A stretch of DNA of 64,000 nucleotides. It comes from Anthoceros angustus (lineage: Eukaryota; Plantae; Anthocerotophyta). Each line of letters begins with the position of its first letter. Position 1 is the stretch's first letter. Positions 1 to 13,375 of this stretch are shown piece after piece. The stretch is from NCBI GenBank assembly GCA_010909165.1, contig VJWM01000118.1, positions 496,001 through 560,000 of the forward strand, given 5' to 3'. The translations under genes and the position numbers were made by a program. Below the pieces are notes generated by a model. That model did not search any database, was not told where the DNA came from, and worked only from the letters and a program-made list of their open reading frames with translations.

Positions 1-2653
1 CGGTCTTGGGCTCATCCTCCTTGAGTCGAATTTGGTGAAAACGATCAAGTGTCGATTTTGGTGAACCAAGTCAACCCATGCACCGGTCCAAAATCTCATC
101 GATGCGGGGCATCCGTAGACATTCCCGATGGTGGCCCGATTCAATCCTCGTAGTCGATGCAGAGTCTCCACCACCGTGTTTCGCCACCAACAACACGGGC
201 GCTCCATAAGGTGAGGTGCTTGGCCTCACAAACCCCTTGTCCAGAATTCATCTACCGCTTTTGATCTCCTCATTTTCCATTCGACGCGGTATGGTTGTTG
301 ATTTACGTGCCGATGCCTGTGCACTAGCTCATGCCGTGATCGGTCTGCCTTGGTGGTAGGGCGGTGGGATCTGCAAATAACCCATCAAATTCTGCCAGCA
401 GAGCCTTAAACTCTTCAGGTAAGAGTTCCTCCGATTGTTTCTGTGCTGCTGCCCGCGATTCTGCGGTGCCCTCCAGAGGAACTACCCGCTTCAGCTTGGC
501 GATGTACAGAAAGCTTCCCTTGGTGGATTTATGCAAGGCTGACACAGTAAAAAGGTGCTTGTCCGGAAGGTAAGTTTCCCCTTCCAGCACATACGATCTG
601 TCCGCGACCCCTAGGGTTACTAAGTTCTTTTTCCAGTCTATATGAAGTTGGTGAGAATGGGCGGCCAGCCACGGTTTCCCCACAATCACGTCATGTGCCA
701 AGCTTGGCATGACTATGCATTTCAGCACTTCTACGAAACCTCCAGGGAAGGTAAGAGTCGCTCCCACTGGCCCCTCACATCCTTGCTTCCCGCCGTGACG
801 AGTAGAAGTCCGACCCGAGTGTTGGATGTGCAGCCCCCGCCGCGGACTGAGATGTAGTGGTGGCTAGCACCGAGTCTAGGAGAGTGGCAACATGTCCCGC
901 TATGTGAACCTTTAGCTTGATCGGGACATGGGTCTTGCTACATGCATTCAAAACGCAAAGACCCATTGCAAGACCTAGGGTTTTGAGCGTCGCTTCGTAC
1001 CTCTTCTAAAACCACCGAGTGGTTGCTTTTGTTGGCGGGGTTTGAGAAGAAGGGTTGGCGCGGTGGAATTCCTCCTTCACCATGCGATGAAGTCCCTCCG
1101 TGAGGGCAAACGTGAACCATGGTCGAGTCGGTAAAGCACTTCCTTTTTCTCTCAGATTCCTTCTTCTTCTTCGGAGGATTTTAAAGTCGGGTTTCCCTGC
1201 TAAGTGACTTCCCCATTTCGATTTCCGGAAGGGTTGGAGGTGCCCAAGTGTTTATACTTGTTCCGCCATAGTTCATGGCGGCTTTCATGGCATCAACCGT
1301 GGTGTTGGGGTTGGTCTGGTTGACATCGTTAAGTTCGAACCAAGGCCATCAATGAACTTCTCCACTTTTTGTTCTTCATCGAGGCGGGAAGATCCAGAGT
1401 GAGTCAAGAACTTGTCGCAGACTTCCGCATGCATCCTCGCCGATAGATTTTATAAACCGCCGATACTGTAGTGACGGTGGAGGAAATGCTCTAAGAACAC
1501 TTGCTCAACATCGCCAAGTGTATATGGCGCCCATACCTGAGATCGACTTGCCCGTTGCCTCCACCAACGATACGCATAACCCTCGAGCGACATGCGAATC
1601 AGTATGCGTTGGAGATCATCCTTCTCACCGCCGCCAGGTATTTCTCCATCTTGTCCAGCCAGTCAGACTTTGAGCTTCCTGCGATCCCACAAAGTCGTGG
1701 TTTTATCTTCCGCAACTCCTTGTCAAGTAGTGGGCGGGTTTTGAAGGGCTTGCCTCCCTCCAACAAATCGACTCTTCCTTGGCCTTGGCTTGCTCCCACC
1801 GTACCTCATGAGCTGGAGGCGTCCGCCAAGGCCTTGATGTCCTTGTTTTCTTTTCGCCTGCAACAACCTCGACCACCAACCTCTTCGTGGACTCGTCCTC
1901 ACGAGCTCGTCCTACCGATTCTGCAGTGACCCTCGACCCTCTTCCTCATCTCTTCGCCATCCAGCCCCGGAGGTGCCGAGGGGTCTTGGCCTTCAGGCTC
2001 GGTACAACCGGTGGTGAGGATTGCGGTGGTGGGTTCACCGGCCTTCCGACTGTGTCCCTTTGTGTTGCGGTGTTCGAACCGACGGTAGGGTCCGCTCCAA
2101 CAATTGCAGACGCCGCATGCTTGTCCCTCCAACTTGCTCGATTGTTTCGACACAACGCCGAGCTCCGCAGTTATTCTCCACACCACACGGTCGACTTGGG
2201 CAGCAACCTTGCTCAAGTGTCGCCCAGCAAAATTTCGAGGCGGAGATCCTCTCGGTTCATGTCCCTGCGGTTCGACCCGTCACTGGGCATGGCCATTCAC
2301 TCCGTCTGTGGCTGTGTGTGTCGGGGAACGGCTCTGCGAGGCCGGCCTCGCCTTGGTGCCGGATCACGATTTGGATCTTGGCCAACCGGCTGCCAGTCGT
2401 TCTTCTCGCTCGATTCGAACGGTCCAGACTTCTGCTTTCCGCTCCGCCGGTGTCGCCTCCGCTGCCCTTCCGTGGGATCGGCGGGGCGACCAATCACCGG
2501 ATTTCGGCCACCTCCTCGATTGGACCCGGCAGGAGGTCTCCTACCTCCTCGACCTCGTACTCTTTCGCCAATGCTTTCCAACAGCCGCCGGTCTTCATCG
2601 CTGCTGCTGGTGAGCTCCCGCTCCATTTCCCTTTGTGCGCGCCGGTCTCCCAT
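1..2653 (-). pseudogene. gag-protease-RT polyprotein, frameshifted in this sequence
   Basis: Motif-bearing fragments in ORFs 2297..2653, 1599..1799, 775..966 and 324..767 lie in different frames. Confidence 0.8.
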
Positions 2654-2900
2654 GTCGTAACTACGGGCTGAAACTCCTTGCAGGATGTGGGTCCCGGGAT
2701 GGTCTCCTGAACAGTAGCCTGAAAGATTCGACTGAGATGTGAGAACTCAAGGTATGCCCAGGTCTGAACTACCTCGCGAGCCTCAATTCACTCCTTCCGT
2801 CCGAATCGATCCCGTCGGGAGCCGGAATTGTCGCCTCCTTGCGGTTCCACCGATTGACTCCACGCCAGGACCTCACGCTTCTGCAGTGCGGGATTCTCTT

Positions 2901-2911
2901 GCTCGATACCA
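2901..2911 (-). promoter_or_regulatory. Primer binding site, tRNA-iMet type
   Basis: Minus strand reads LTR end CGTTACA, TT, TGGTATCGAGC (canonical TGGTATCAGAGC). Confidence 0.85.
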
Positions 2912-2913
2912 AA

Positions 2914-3402
2914 TGTAACGCCATCAAAGATCAAGTTCTATGCCCAGCCGGATCTTCCGTGACATAGTCTTGGTTTCGCTAGAAGGAGCTCACGAAAGTG
3001 GGTTGTGCCTTTGGTCTTGGTTATATAGCTCGCGAGAACGGTTTCCGCTTTGGCCTAACAATTGAGCACGCTTTCTTGTTCATGTAACCACTATTTACCC
3101 TATTTCTACCTATCCGCTAATTAGGATTAATATTCCTATCTATCCGCTAATTAGGATTAATTCTACTTAATGCCTACGCTCCTAACGCTACATAATTAAC
3201 CAAGTTCTATACACGCTGCTTTATGAAACTGGGCATCGCTCGCCTAATCGGCCCCAAGGCCCGGCGGGCTCACTCTTGTAGCATGCTCGTGCCTGCAGGC
3301 CGGCACGGCGTGTTCCGCCTCGCCGAATTACCTGTCTAAGTCTTATCTATATATCGAGTAGCATGCCGCAAAGTGTCTTGAGCTACATGGGAACCCATCA
3401 CA
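2914..3402 (-). repeat. 5' LTR (489 bp), TG...CA
   Basis: Minus strand starts TGTGATGGG and ends CGTTACA next to the PBS; TATATAA at 3027-3021; ~28-bp internal tandem repeat ctatccgctaattaggattaat x2. Confidence 0.85.
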
Positions 3403-3603
3403 GTGGGTATTTTCTGCCCTCCAAAAATCATAAGTGACTAGAGCCACAAAATGTAGTGACTAGGAAACATGCACCAACACGGCTGCTGCTGCAGTCACAA
3501 ACACAAAACAGAGTCAGTGCTTACACCTACAGGTTTCACTATCACCAGATAACCCATCTATGGACATTAGCCTGCAAGATCTGAATACTTGCCCGACTAA
3601 TGT

Positions 3604-5299
3604 GTGTCCGATATGAATTTTGTACTCCACATAAATCCTGTGCTGGAAGAATGCATTCTTACGGACTGTAGGTGTGCATCTTTGATACAAGGATTGGAAC
3701 TGGACAAGCTGGCAGGCTTGAAGATGTTATCCTTGGGTGAAGATTATATCACACTCTTAATGAAAACAGTTTTTCCAGCTTTGGGGGAATAAAACTTTAT
3801 ACAGCCTCTCGGTTAAGTCGTCCGCGCATTTGGAGAAGCACATGTTTATAGATGATCTTGTGTACAACTTGAACAGAAATATGTTTCTGAAATAACTAGA
3901 GATTCATGACAGGAGATGGCAGAAAAATGAAAAGTGGGCATTGGTGAGGGAAATTTTGAATTGGAATACTCGTCAAGATGCATATTTATCTACACTACAC
4001 AAGCAACACTTCAAATTCAGAATCCCAAAAGTGGGCAGACTCTCTCTTTGTGGACCACCACGAGCAGGGAATTCCATTCTTTGCTACTTATGAATAGAAC
4101 ATTATTTACTTTTTATTGATTAATTTTTATTGTTATCGTTTAATTTTTATCGTTCGCTATTCTTCCTACCAACAAGGACGATGGATGTGCGCCTACTGTG
4201 GGAGATGACAAGACGCATAGAGATCGAAAACCTCTTCAATGATGAAAAAAAAATTGCAAGTAAGCCTTTGGGATCTAGCTAGCGAAGCTAAATTTTGCAT
4301 TCTCCATGATTATCTCTTTCCTAATATTCATCAAGCTTGCCTATTTTCGTTCACATTTAGTCCCTTTGACCATGAGTTTGAACATAATACATCTAATGAA
4401 CTTATTAGCAAGAAATTTGGACAAGAATTGATGTATTGGTTAACATTTATTGCATCCAATGTCAAGCAGAGAGGTGTGGTGAAGCCAAAATTATTGGTTT
4501 TAGTTATGTATCTAGATAAATTCAAAGCAAGGGAAAAACAGATTGAAACTAGAGTATCTATAAAAATGAACCATATGAAAGAAACGGTTTCAGATTTAAT
4601 AGATCTAATTCCATAAATAAAAATTATTAAAGCTTCTTCATTATAACATATGAACAAGGTACCAAGTGAGGTGTTTACAAGCTTAAGAAGTTTGTGTGAG
4701 GAATCAAAACGCCTCAAGTATGTAAGAAATTAAGTAGTGTCTTGACAAAGTGGGTATCTAAGAATCCCTCTCAACCTTACTTGGGGGAAAAAGAGTTTGA
4801 TAACTTTTGTGTACAAAATCTTGAGAAGTTGAACAAGTTTGAGGCTACTCACAGAGAGAACATAATAGCTGCCACTACATCTTATCTATATGATACTGGA
4901 AAAATAATTCATTTCAAATACAATAATTTAATACTAGTTAATCCCACTTGGATTACTAACGTCTTTCTAGGTAATCTAATACAATCACACACACCATCAA
5001 GGTTCTCAACTAGCAAAGGATTTGTACAAAGAGAACTACTTGAAGACATCCTCATTAGCTTTACAAAGAATTATACGGAACTTAAGGCACAAGACTTGGT
5101 GAATATTATATTGGAGTTGGAGCTATGCTACGAAGGATGTTCAGAAGACATGGAGACACAATGGTTTTTCATTTCAACAACAATCAAACTGCAGGCATGT
5201 TCAAGCAATGAGAGTAGGTTCAAGCAATGAGAGTTCTCTACAATGGCCGACTAGATATGAGACTGATAACAACTAAGGTTTCATGTACATATATTTTAT
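3604..5299 (+). pseudogene. TRN1: TORNADO1-like LRR-Roc-COR (Roco) pseudogene, copy A (truncated by the duplication)
   Basis: LRR-like LDKLAGLKMLSL; P-loop LCGPPRAGNS (4052-4075); SLWDLASEAKFCILHDYLFP and ELMYWLTFIASN..KPKLLVLV resemble TRN1 Roc; YLYDTGKIIHF..LILVNPTW resembles COR; internal stops. Confidence 0.8.
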
Positions 5300-5622
5300 T
5301 TTCTTGTTCATGTAACCACTATTTACCCTATTTCTACCTATCCGCTAATTAGGATTAATATTCCTATCTATCCGCTAATTAGGATTAATTCTACTTAATG
5401 CCTACGCTCCTAACGCTACATAATTAACCAAGTTTCTTATACACGCTGCTTTATGAAACTGGGCATCGTCAATCGCCGCCCCGGCGCCGGGCTCACTTTG
5501 GTAGCATGCTTCGCCGGCAGGCCGGGCACGGCGGTTCCGCCTCCGTAACATTACCTGCCTAAGTCTTATCTATATATCGAGTAGCATGCCGCAGTGTCTT
5601 GAGCTACATGGGAACCCATCAC
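5300..5622 (-). repeat. Partial LTR copy within the duplicated unit
   Basis: Matches 3072-3401, ending ggaacccatcac. Confidence 0.88.
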
Positions 5623-5809
5623 GGGGTATTTTCCGCCTCCAAAATCATAAGTGACTAGAGCCACAAAATGTAGTGACTAGGAAACATGCACCAACATCGG
5701 CCAGCAAACACAAAATGCAGTCAAGGTTTACACCTGTGTTTCACTATCACCGATAACCCATCTATGGACATTAGCCCGCAAGATCAATACTTGCCCGACT
5801 AATGTGTGT

Positions 5810-8281
5810 CCGATATGAATTTTGTACTCCACATAAACTCGGCCGGAAGAATGCATTCTTACGGACCGTAGGTGTGCATCTTTGATACAAGGATTGAACC
5901 GACAAGTCAAGTGTGCTTGAAGATGTTATCCTTGGTGAAGATTATATCACACTCTTAATGAAAACAGCTTTTTCCAGCTTTGGGGAATAAAACTTTATAC
6001 ACCTCTCTAAGTCGTCGCGCATTTGGAGAAGCACATGTTTATAGATGATCTTGTACAACTTGAATGTAAATATGTTTCAAATAACTAGAGATTCATGATG
6101 AGATGGCGAAAAATGAAAAGTGGGCATTGGTGAGGAAATTTTGAATTGGAATACTCACAAGATGCATATTTTATCTACACTACACAAGCAACACTTCAAA
6201 TTCAATCCCAAAAGTGGGCGACTCTCTTTGTGGACCACCACGAGGTGGAATTCCATTCTTTGCTACTTATGAATAGAACATTATTTACTTTTTATTGATT
6301 AATTTTTATTGTTATCGCTTTAATTTTTATCGCTCGCTATTCTTCCTACCAACAAGGACGATGGATGTGCGCCATCAGTGGGAGATGACAAGACGATAGA
6401 GATCGAAAACCTTCAATGATGAAAAAATTGCAAGTAAGCCTTTGGGATCTAGCTAGCGGCTAAATTTTGCATTCTCCATGATTATCTCTTTCCTAATATT
6501 CATCAAGCTTGCCTATTTTCGCTCACATTTAGTCCCTTTGACCATGAGTTTGAACATAATACATCTAATGAACTTATTAGCAAGAAATTTGGACAAGAAT
6601 TGATGTATTGGTTAACATTTATTGCATCCAATGTCAAGTAGAGGTGTGGTGAAGCCAAAATTATTGGTTTTAGTTATGTATCTAGATAAATTCAAAGCAA
6701 GGGAAAAACAGATTGAAACTAGAGTATCTATAAAAATGAACCATATGAAAGAAACGGTTTCAGATTTAATAGATCTAATTCCATAAATAAAAATTATTAA
6801 AGCTTCTTCATTATAACATATGAACAAGGTACCAAGTGAGGTGTTTACAAGCTTAAGAAGTTTGTGTGAGGAATCAAAAAACGTTCCTGAAGTATGTAAG
6901 AAATTAAGTAGTGTCTTGACAAAGTGGGTATCTAAGAATCCCTCTCAACCTTACTTGGGGGAAAAAGAGTTTGATAACTTTTGTGTACAAAATCTTGAGA
7001 AGTTGAACAAGTTTGAGGCTACTCACAGAGAGAACATAATAGCTGCCACTACATCTTATCTATATGATACTGGAAAAATAATTCATTTCAAATACAATAA
7101 TTTAATACTAGTTAATCCCACTTGGATTACTAACGTCTTTCTAGGTAATCTAATACAATCACACACACCACTGTTGCCCTCAACTAGCAAAGGATTTGTA
7201 CAAAGAGAACTACTTGAAGACATCCTCATTAGCTTTACAAAGAATTATACGGAACTTAAGGCACAAGACTTGGTGAATATTATATTGGAGTTGGAGCTAT
7301 GCTACGAAGGATGTTCAGAAGACATGGAGACACAATGGTTTTTCATTTCAACAACAATCAAACTGCAGGCAGGTTCAAGCAATGAGAGTAGGTTCAAGCA
7401 ATGAGAGTTCTCTACAATGGCCGACTAGATATGAGACAGATAACAACTAAGGTTTCAGGTACATATATTTTATTTTCTTGCAGTGTTTGTGATGAAGAGG
7501 ATAACAAAATTCATTAGCTTGTATACTTATTGCACTAACTCTTTTTTCCTATATAAGGTGGTCTTGCGAAATCGTCTCTTTCCAAAGGTAAACTTAGGAA
7601 TGCATTCTCATCAATATATATTTGGTCGCAACCTTATTTGTATTATCTTTAATGACATGGATATTCTTATATAATTTAGCGGTGGAGGAGTGATAGGCTA
7701 TCATGTTGACGTACTCATCAAGTCAAAACAACGTCTTGGTTTTGCCCGTACATTTTATGAGACAACATATCCTTGAAGAATTGAGAGACTTTTGTGCTTC
7801 GCCTAGAGGGTGTCCAGGAGTTTCGTTGGTAGAAGGTTTTGTTAACCTTTACTGTGTAAGAAATTTGATACCTTGCATATTGAGATGAAACCAAGCATAC
7901 CTTGAGACGGATTTAACAAAATTTCTTCTAAACGAAGAGCAAACTTTGGAGTGCTGCAAGGGTATTTTGGTACGCATAACATATTGGATTTTATATATTC
8001 TTGGTCTGCTACAGGTGATGAATGCAATGGTTTCAAGGTATCATGTGGATGCAGAATACTTAACCCGTACGGTACAAAGAAATGCAGAGTTTCATGAATG
8101 GCAAAAAGATGCATTGAGAAACCTTCAATTGAAGCTATCGCAAGTTCAAAGAAAGGTTCAAGTGGGGCTATCACAAGTTCAAAATCTACATGCAACCCAA
8201 CTACAAACCCAACGATTCCTTCACGACTCCTTCCGAGAAAAAGTGCAAGGCAGCGGGACTTCTTATCCAGCGATGATGTGA
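5810..8281 (+). pseudogene. TRN1: TORNADO1-like Roc-COR pseudogene, copy B with C-terminal COR region
   Basis: Same motifs plus YIFGRNLICIIFNDMDILI*FSGGGVIGYHVDVLIKSK and LRDFCASPRGCPGVSLVEG, resembling TRN1 COR; stops and frameshifts. Confidence 0.8.
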
Positions 8282-9014
8282 ATGTGCAAGGTCTGCCGTA
8301 GGTGAGAGTCTTTGGAAGTGTAGGTCTGTTAAAAGAGAGTTGCTTGGTTGGTGAGTGGGGTTGCTTGGTGAACGTTCCTAAGCTGAAACGATATCCCTGA
8401 AATTTTGTGGGCTGTGGCGAGACTTTGTATTGCCATAGAACTTGCAGCTACATTTGAGCCTCGGATCACAAACTTGCAACTAAGAATCACGTGCAGTGCA
8501 AAGTTTTGATCCAGCCGTGGACCATTGTGCGTTTAGATGATGCCTGTGAAATTCAAAACCACACTATCACTACAAAGCAAGAGCTAACTTAAGCTCAAAT
8601 TGAATTCAAAGTTGCAAAAGAGTGCCGCTGACAGATGTTTCACAAAGAGTTTCAACCACATGTAGAATTGGGACAAGATGCAGAACCTAGAAAAACTTTC
8701 TGACTATGCACCTTACCAACTCGAAGGCCAGAGAATAGAATAGGGCCACCGCCACAGCTGTCACTCGTGGCTGCCTAAGAGCAGGAGCATGGATCTTCTG
8801 CAGGTGCCTTATGTACAAGCACCTGCATGTAGTGATAAAGAAAATCCGCGTTCATGCCGGTTTCCGAATCCTCAATAACCAGTTTGTCAACCCGTCTGAG
8901 TCTCATCTATACCTTTTCACACAACCGGTAGATCAAGGTGCACAGAGGAGCGGTTAAGCACAAAGCTTCAGGTTCATCTTTTGAAGTGACGGAGATACAT
9001 GACAACCCATCAAC

Positions 9015-9198
9015 TGGGTACGTAGTTTTCTGCTCTCCAAAACTCATAAAGTGACTAGAGCCACAAATGCGGTCACTGTGATAGAGAAATGCACCAACAC
9101 GGCAACAGCTACAGCTGCAATCAAAGAAACAAAACAAAGTCAGTGCCTGCACCTACAGGTTTCGTTCAGAGCAGGATGAAACTATTACCAGAAAATCC
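9015..9198 (+). repeat. Diverged direct repeat of 3403-3555 (and 5623-5770)
   Basis: Shared blocks gtgactagagccacaaa, atgcaccaacacggc, acacctacaggtttc/gcacctacaggtttc, ta(t/c)accaga in the same orientation. Confidence 0.75.
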
Positions 9199-9879
9199 GT
9201 GGGCCAACGATACCCTGCCTACAACACCTACAGTCTCCATGGCGCCAAAACTGGTACAAGTTCTACAAAAAGCTCACCGGACAGAAGGCAGCCGCCCCCT
9301 TAAATATATGGAATCTGTCCAAAGGGCTGACGTCACAGGCGAACAGATTTAGGCAAAGAAAAGCCATGATCATTTAGCTGTGACAGCTCACATAAGCTAG
9401 CAAGGTAAAACCCATTGAATTGGCACAGGACAGCACCGTTTGATGAACTGACTGCCAGGAAGGATGGTTCAGCCTTAATTGTCCATGGAAAAGCTCATAT
9501 TCCTACATCTCAAAATGTGGTTCTACTCTGCGCTTGCCAACACCAGAGGCTTGCAAGGCATTGTCTGTAGGAACATAGCGACAACGCGCTCCTGCTGGAA
9601 CAGGCCGGCAGGAAAGTCCTTACCAGCTGATCTGTACTGTTTGCAAAATGAGAGCCATGGAATATTGTCGTTCCATCAACGGAAGCAATGAGAGGATCTA
9701 CCTCGCAGATTCAATTTGTTCACAGGTAGGTAAGGGAGCTCCCGAAGCCACTACCGCAGTACACGAGCCTTTAGATCACGAATTGGGTGAAGTGACATGG
9801 CGTGTAGGAGAACGTGTCCTTCCCTGGCGTTGAAAAACCAAAATGAGCTACTCTGAGCAATAGGAGAGAGCTCCAAATA

Positions 9880-10020
9880 CTTGTTTGCGGAGGGCCTACT
9901 GCTCATGTGCTCCCACCAGGCCTGCCAGTGCTTCCGGTTCTTCAAGCCCTCTGCAATCTCAGGTGACAAGAGGAGGAGCTGATAAAACGCTGTGAGGTGT
10001 CCAAGCCCGTGAACGAGCCT
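9880..10020 (-). pseudogene. Possible glutathione S-transferase (phi-like) C-terminal remnant
   Basis: LGHLTAFYQLL..LKNRKHWQAWWEHMSSRPS resembles GSTF LAHLPF..IKDRKHVSAWWDDISSRPA; no GST N-domain found. Confidence 0.4.
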
Positions 10021-10625
10021 GCCAAGCCCCGAATCCCTGCCGTGCATCCACCGCTTGAGCTCAAGATACAAGACAGATGTAGGAGCACATTCCCCCCGCT
10101 CCGCTCCACCGGGCAATGGAATGCTTCCTCAGCGTCTCCCAGCTCCGCTTCCTCGCAGCGCGCGCCTGCTCAGCTCCTCGGTGAAATGCCTGACGGCAGA
10201 CTGCGTTTGTCCCTTGCGCGCAGAATTCCATGAACTCGTCGCTCCTCCCTCGCTGACACCGCGCAGATTGAGCTCCCCGATTGTTCCTTCATTACCACAT
10301 TTCCCCAATCACCAGCACCCAGAACCGGCAGCTCCATCCTGGCCATGCAAACCCAGCTGACGCATCGCCCTGGGCGCCAGCTACCGCGCCATCGCCATTG
10401 AAGGCTTGCGACTTGCTTCGCCCTGCTCCGCGACGGGGTGAAGGGCTAGCCATGAAGGGAAACGGTCAGTTTGACAGGTGCCAATCGGAGGCGAGGCAAG
10501 GGCGGAGGGCGGAGACGTGGAGACACAAAATTGCGCCCTAATGTAACCAAATGCAGGAGCTCGGGCCCGGGCAGCAAGAGCGGAGAGTGAGACAGACAGG
10601 CAGGCACACGGCCAGGTGTGGCTCG

Positions 10626-10889
10626 ATGAAGAAAGGCGTGCACCCCGCGCTGCAGTGGATCAAGCTGGTATCGCCGCACGGCCGCCTGGTTCGCGTCCTG
10701 GCGGCCAAAGCATTCAAGCATCCTGACCGTCCTGCCTACATCCGCGACCCCGGCAAGCAGTCCGAGACCGTAGGCCAGCTTGCCAAGTTCCGTCGCCGCT
10801 TCGACTTCGCGCCTGCCGTTGTTCCCGCGTCTCAGCCTGCCGCGCCGGAGCAGAAACCGGATCCGCAGCAGCGGCAGAAGCGCAGATAG
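10626..10889 (+). CDS. RPL31: Ribosomal protein L31, plant mitochondrial type (bL31m), 87 aa, single exon
   Basis: MKKGVHPALQWIKLVSPHGRL..VGQLAKFRRRF matches the plant MKKGIHPQMQWISYV..GQIAKFKRRF family (from memory). Confidence 0.85.
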   Translation: MKKGVHPALQWIKLVSPHGRLVRVLAAKAFKHPDRPAYIRDPGKQSETVGQLAKFRRRFDFAPAVVPASQPAAPEQKPDPQQRQKRR

Positions 10890-11043
10890 CAAGTTCCAAG
10901 GTTTCTGATCTGTCCTCTCGAAGCATAGTCCAACGTTTCCGAGATGTGTCTTGCAAGCGTTTTTCCTGCGTTCTTGGCCGCGGTTTTGCATCTATTCTTC
11001 CAGCTTTGCAAGCTGACGCGCAGGCGTGGCCAGGTTTTGTGAG

Positions 11044-11660
11044 ATGATGGAGGAGTATAACAGCAATGCCGACTATCTCAAGGCCTTCCCTCCCCGGTTG
11101 GAGGATGCTGGCTTGGAAGACACCGTCCTGTCCGCGGAGGGGATTCAGGTTTCCGCCTGCTTCCAGATGCTGCAGTGTCGGACGGGGTTTGTGCGTTCTT
11201 TCTTGCCGATGTGACATTCGTTGCTTGAACTTTTTCTTCTTTGCAGGAGGCATTCCACCGTGCTGCGGAGATGGTGCGATCAGCTACATCTACTCTAGTA
11301 GGAAGCGAGGGGAAGGAGGCAGGTTGTGTGGAAAACCCTGGCCCTAGCAACGGGGAGTGGAGTGACGTGGTGAATAGCCCCGGGCTGGGAGGAGCGTGTC
11401 CCGCTAGCTGCGTGGATACCAAGACCGGTGGCCTCATCGAGGAGGGCCGTGACAAGCTTGTCCAGATCGAAGGCGATTTTAAGGAAGATCAGCTGGTGCA
11501 GGGCCACGAGCCCGGGCCTCAGTTAGGGGAAGCTGGATGTGTTGGAGGGGAACGAGAGCGGGGAGTGACGCCAGGTTCGAGTTCGGGATCGGGTTCAGCC
11601 GAGCCAGCAGACGATGGCAAGCAGCCTGATCCTCCTATTCTCACCGGTGCTTACTTGTAG
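11044..11660 (+). CDS. Conserved plant protein of unknown function (PPRLEDAGLED..EAF motif); exons 11044-11148, 11247-11660
   Basis: PPRLEDAGLEDTVLSAEGIQ|EAFHRAA joined by a 98-bp GT-AG phase-0 intron; frame closes at TAG. Confidence 0.75.
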
Positions 11661-12360
11661 ATTTTGGGATTTGCGGTCGTAGGCCTTCCTTCGACAGAGT
11701 CGGTTTAACAACCGTAGCTGCAGGCGAGAAGTTCGTGAGATGCTTGCCTTTGTCACCAATTTTGTACATCTTACTGTAAAAAAGACAGCTGTGGAGCTCG
11801 AGCGGTGTCCGCCTTTGCGCTCCCGTATCTGGTGTCACAAAATACGCACCTTGTATGTACCGGAGCCTGTGCCACGTGGCACCCAGGTTTCTAGTGTGAA
11901 TGTATCGGTAACTGTGGTTATTTTTAATTGAAAGCGGTGCACACTGGACACTCGTGTGTGTTCTATCCCGTGGATCGAGGATTCGAGATCGGGGAATGCG
12001 AAGGAAGAGCGACAGAATCCGGCCTCCTGTTTCCTGGCTAGCTTCTAGACAGTCTCGGCGCGAGACGTGAGACGTTTCGAGCTCTAGGGTAACAGTGGAT
12101 GGTGGCGTGTGGGAGTGGATTGGCTCGGCCGGCGCTTGCTTATTGGCGTGGAGGAGGAGAGTGGAAGGGAGAGATTAGTGCGGGAGCAGGAATTGCTACA
12201 CTGTCGTGTGTTGTGTCTTGTTGTTTCACGGGGAGAGCAGGGATCGGCCTGCAGGCGGCGGGAGACAGGTTTCCCGTGATTCGAGGGTTTGAGTGCAGCG
12301 GCATGGAGGGATGCCATGTGCGTTGAGTGCCACTTCTGGTGCTGGAGCAGAGCAGAGTGA

Positions 12361-13375
<1,015 letters not shown>

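Larger units (their letters stand above)
1..3402 (-). mobile_element. Ty3/gypsy LTR retrotransposon (chromovirus-like), 5' half; continues beyond the window start
   Basis: On minus strand: LTR 3402-2914, PBS TGGTATCGAGC, then gag (KIKPRL..DWLDKMEKYL), protease (LLDSG-like near 870; HDVIVGKPWL in ORF 324..767) and RT N-terminus (..EDEPKT at the window edge). Confidence 0.92.
3072..7480. repeat. Tandem duplication, unit ~2228 bp (3072-5299 and 5300-7480)
   Basis: Near-identical copies of partial LTR plus TRN1-like segment; TTTCTTG at 3072-3078, 5300-5306 and 7474-7480 marks the junctions. Confidence 0.93.

Noticed and set aside
7459-7483. GT..AG pair as an intron in the TRN1-like gene
   Set aside because: Only 25 nt, far shorter than the other introns here.
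8907-9691. Short ORFs between the TRN1-like pseudogene and the GST-like fragment
   Set aside because: No recognisable product; partly explained by the direct repeat.
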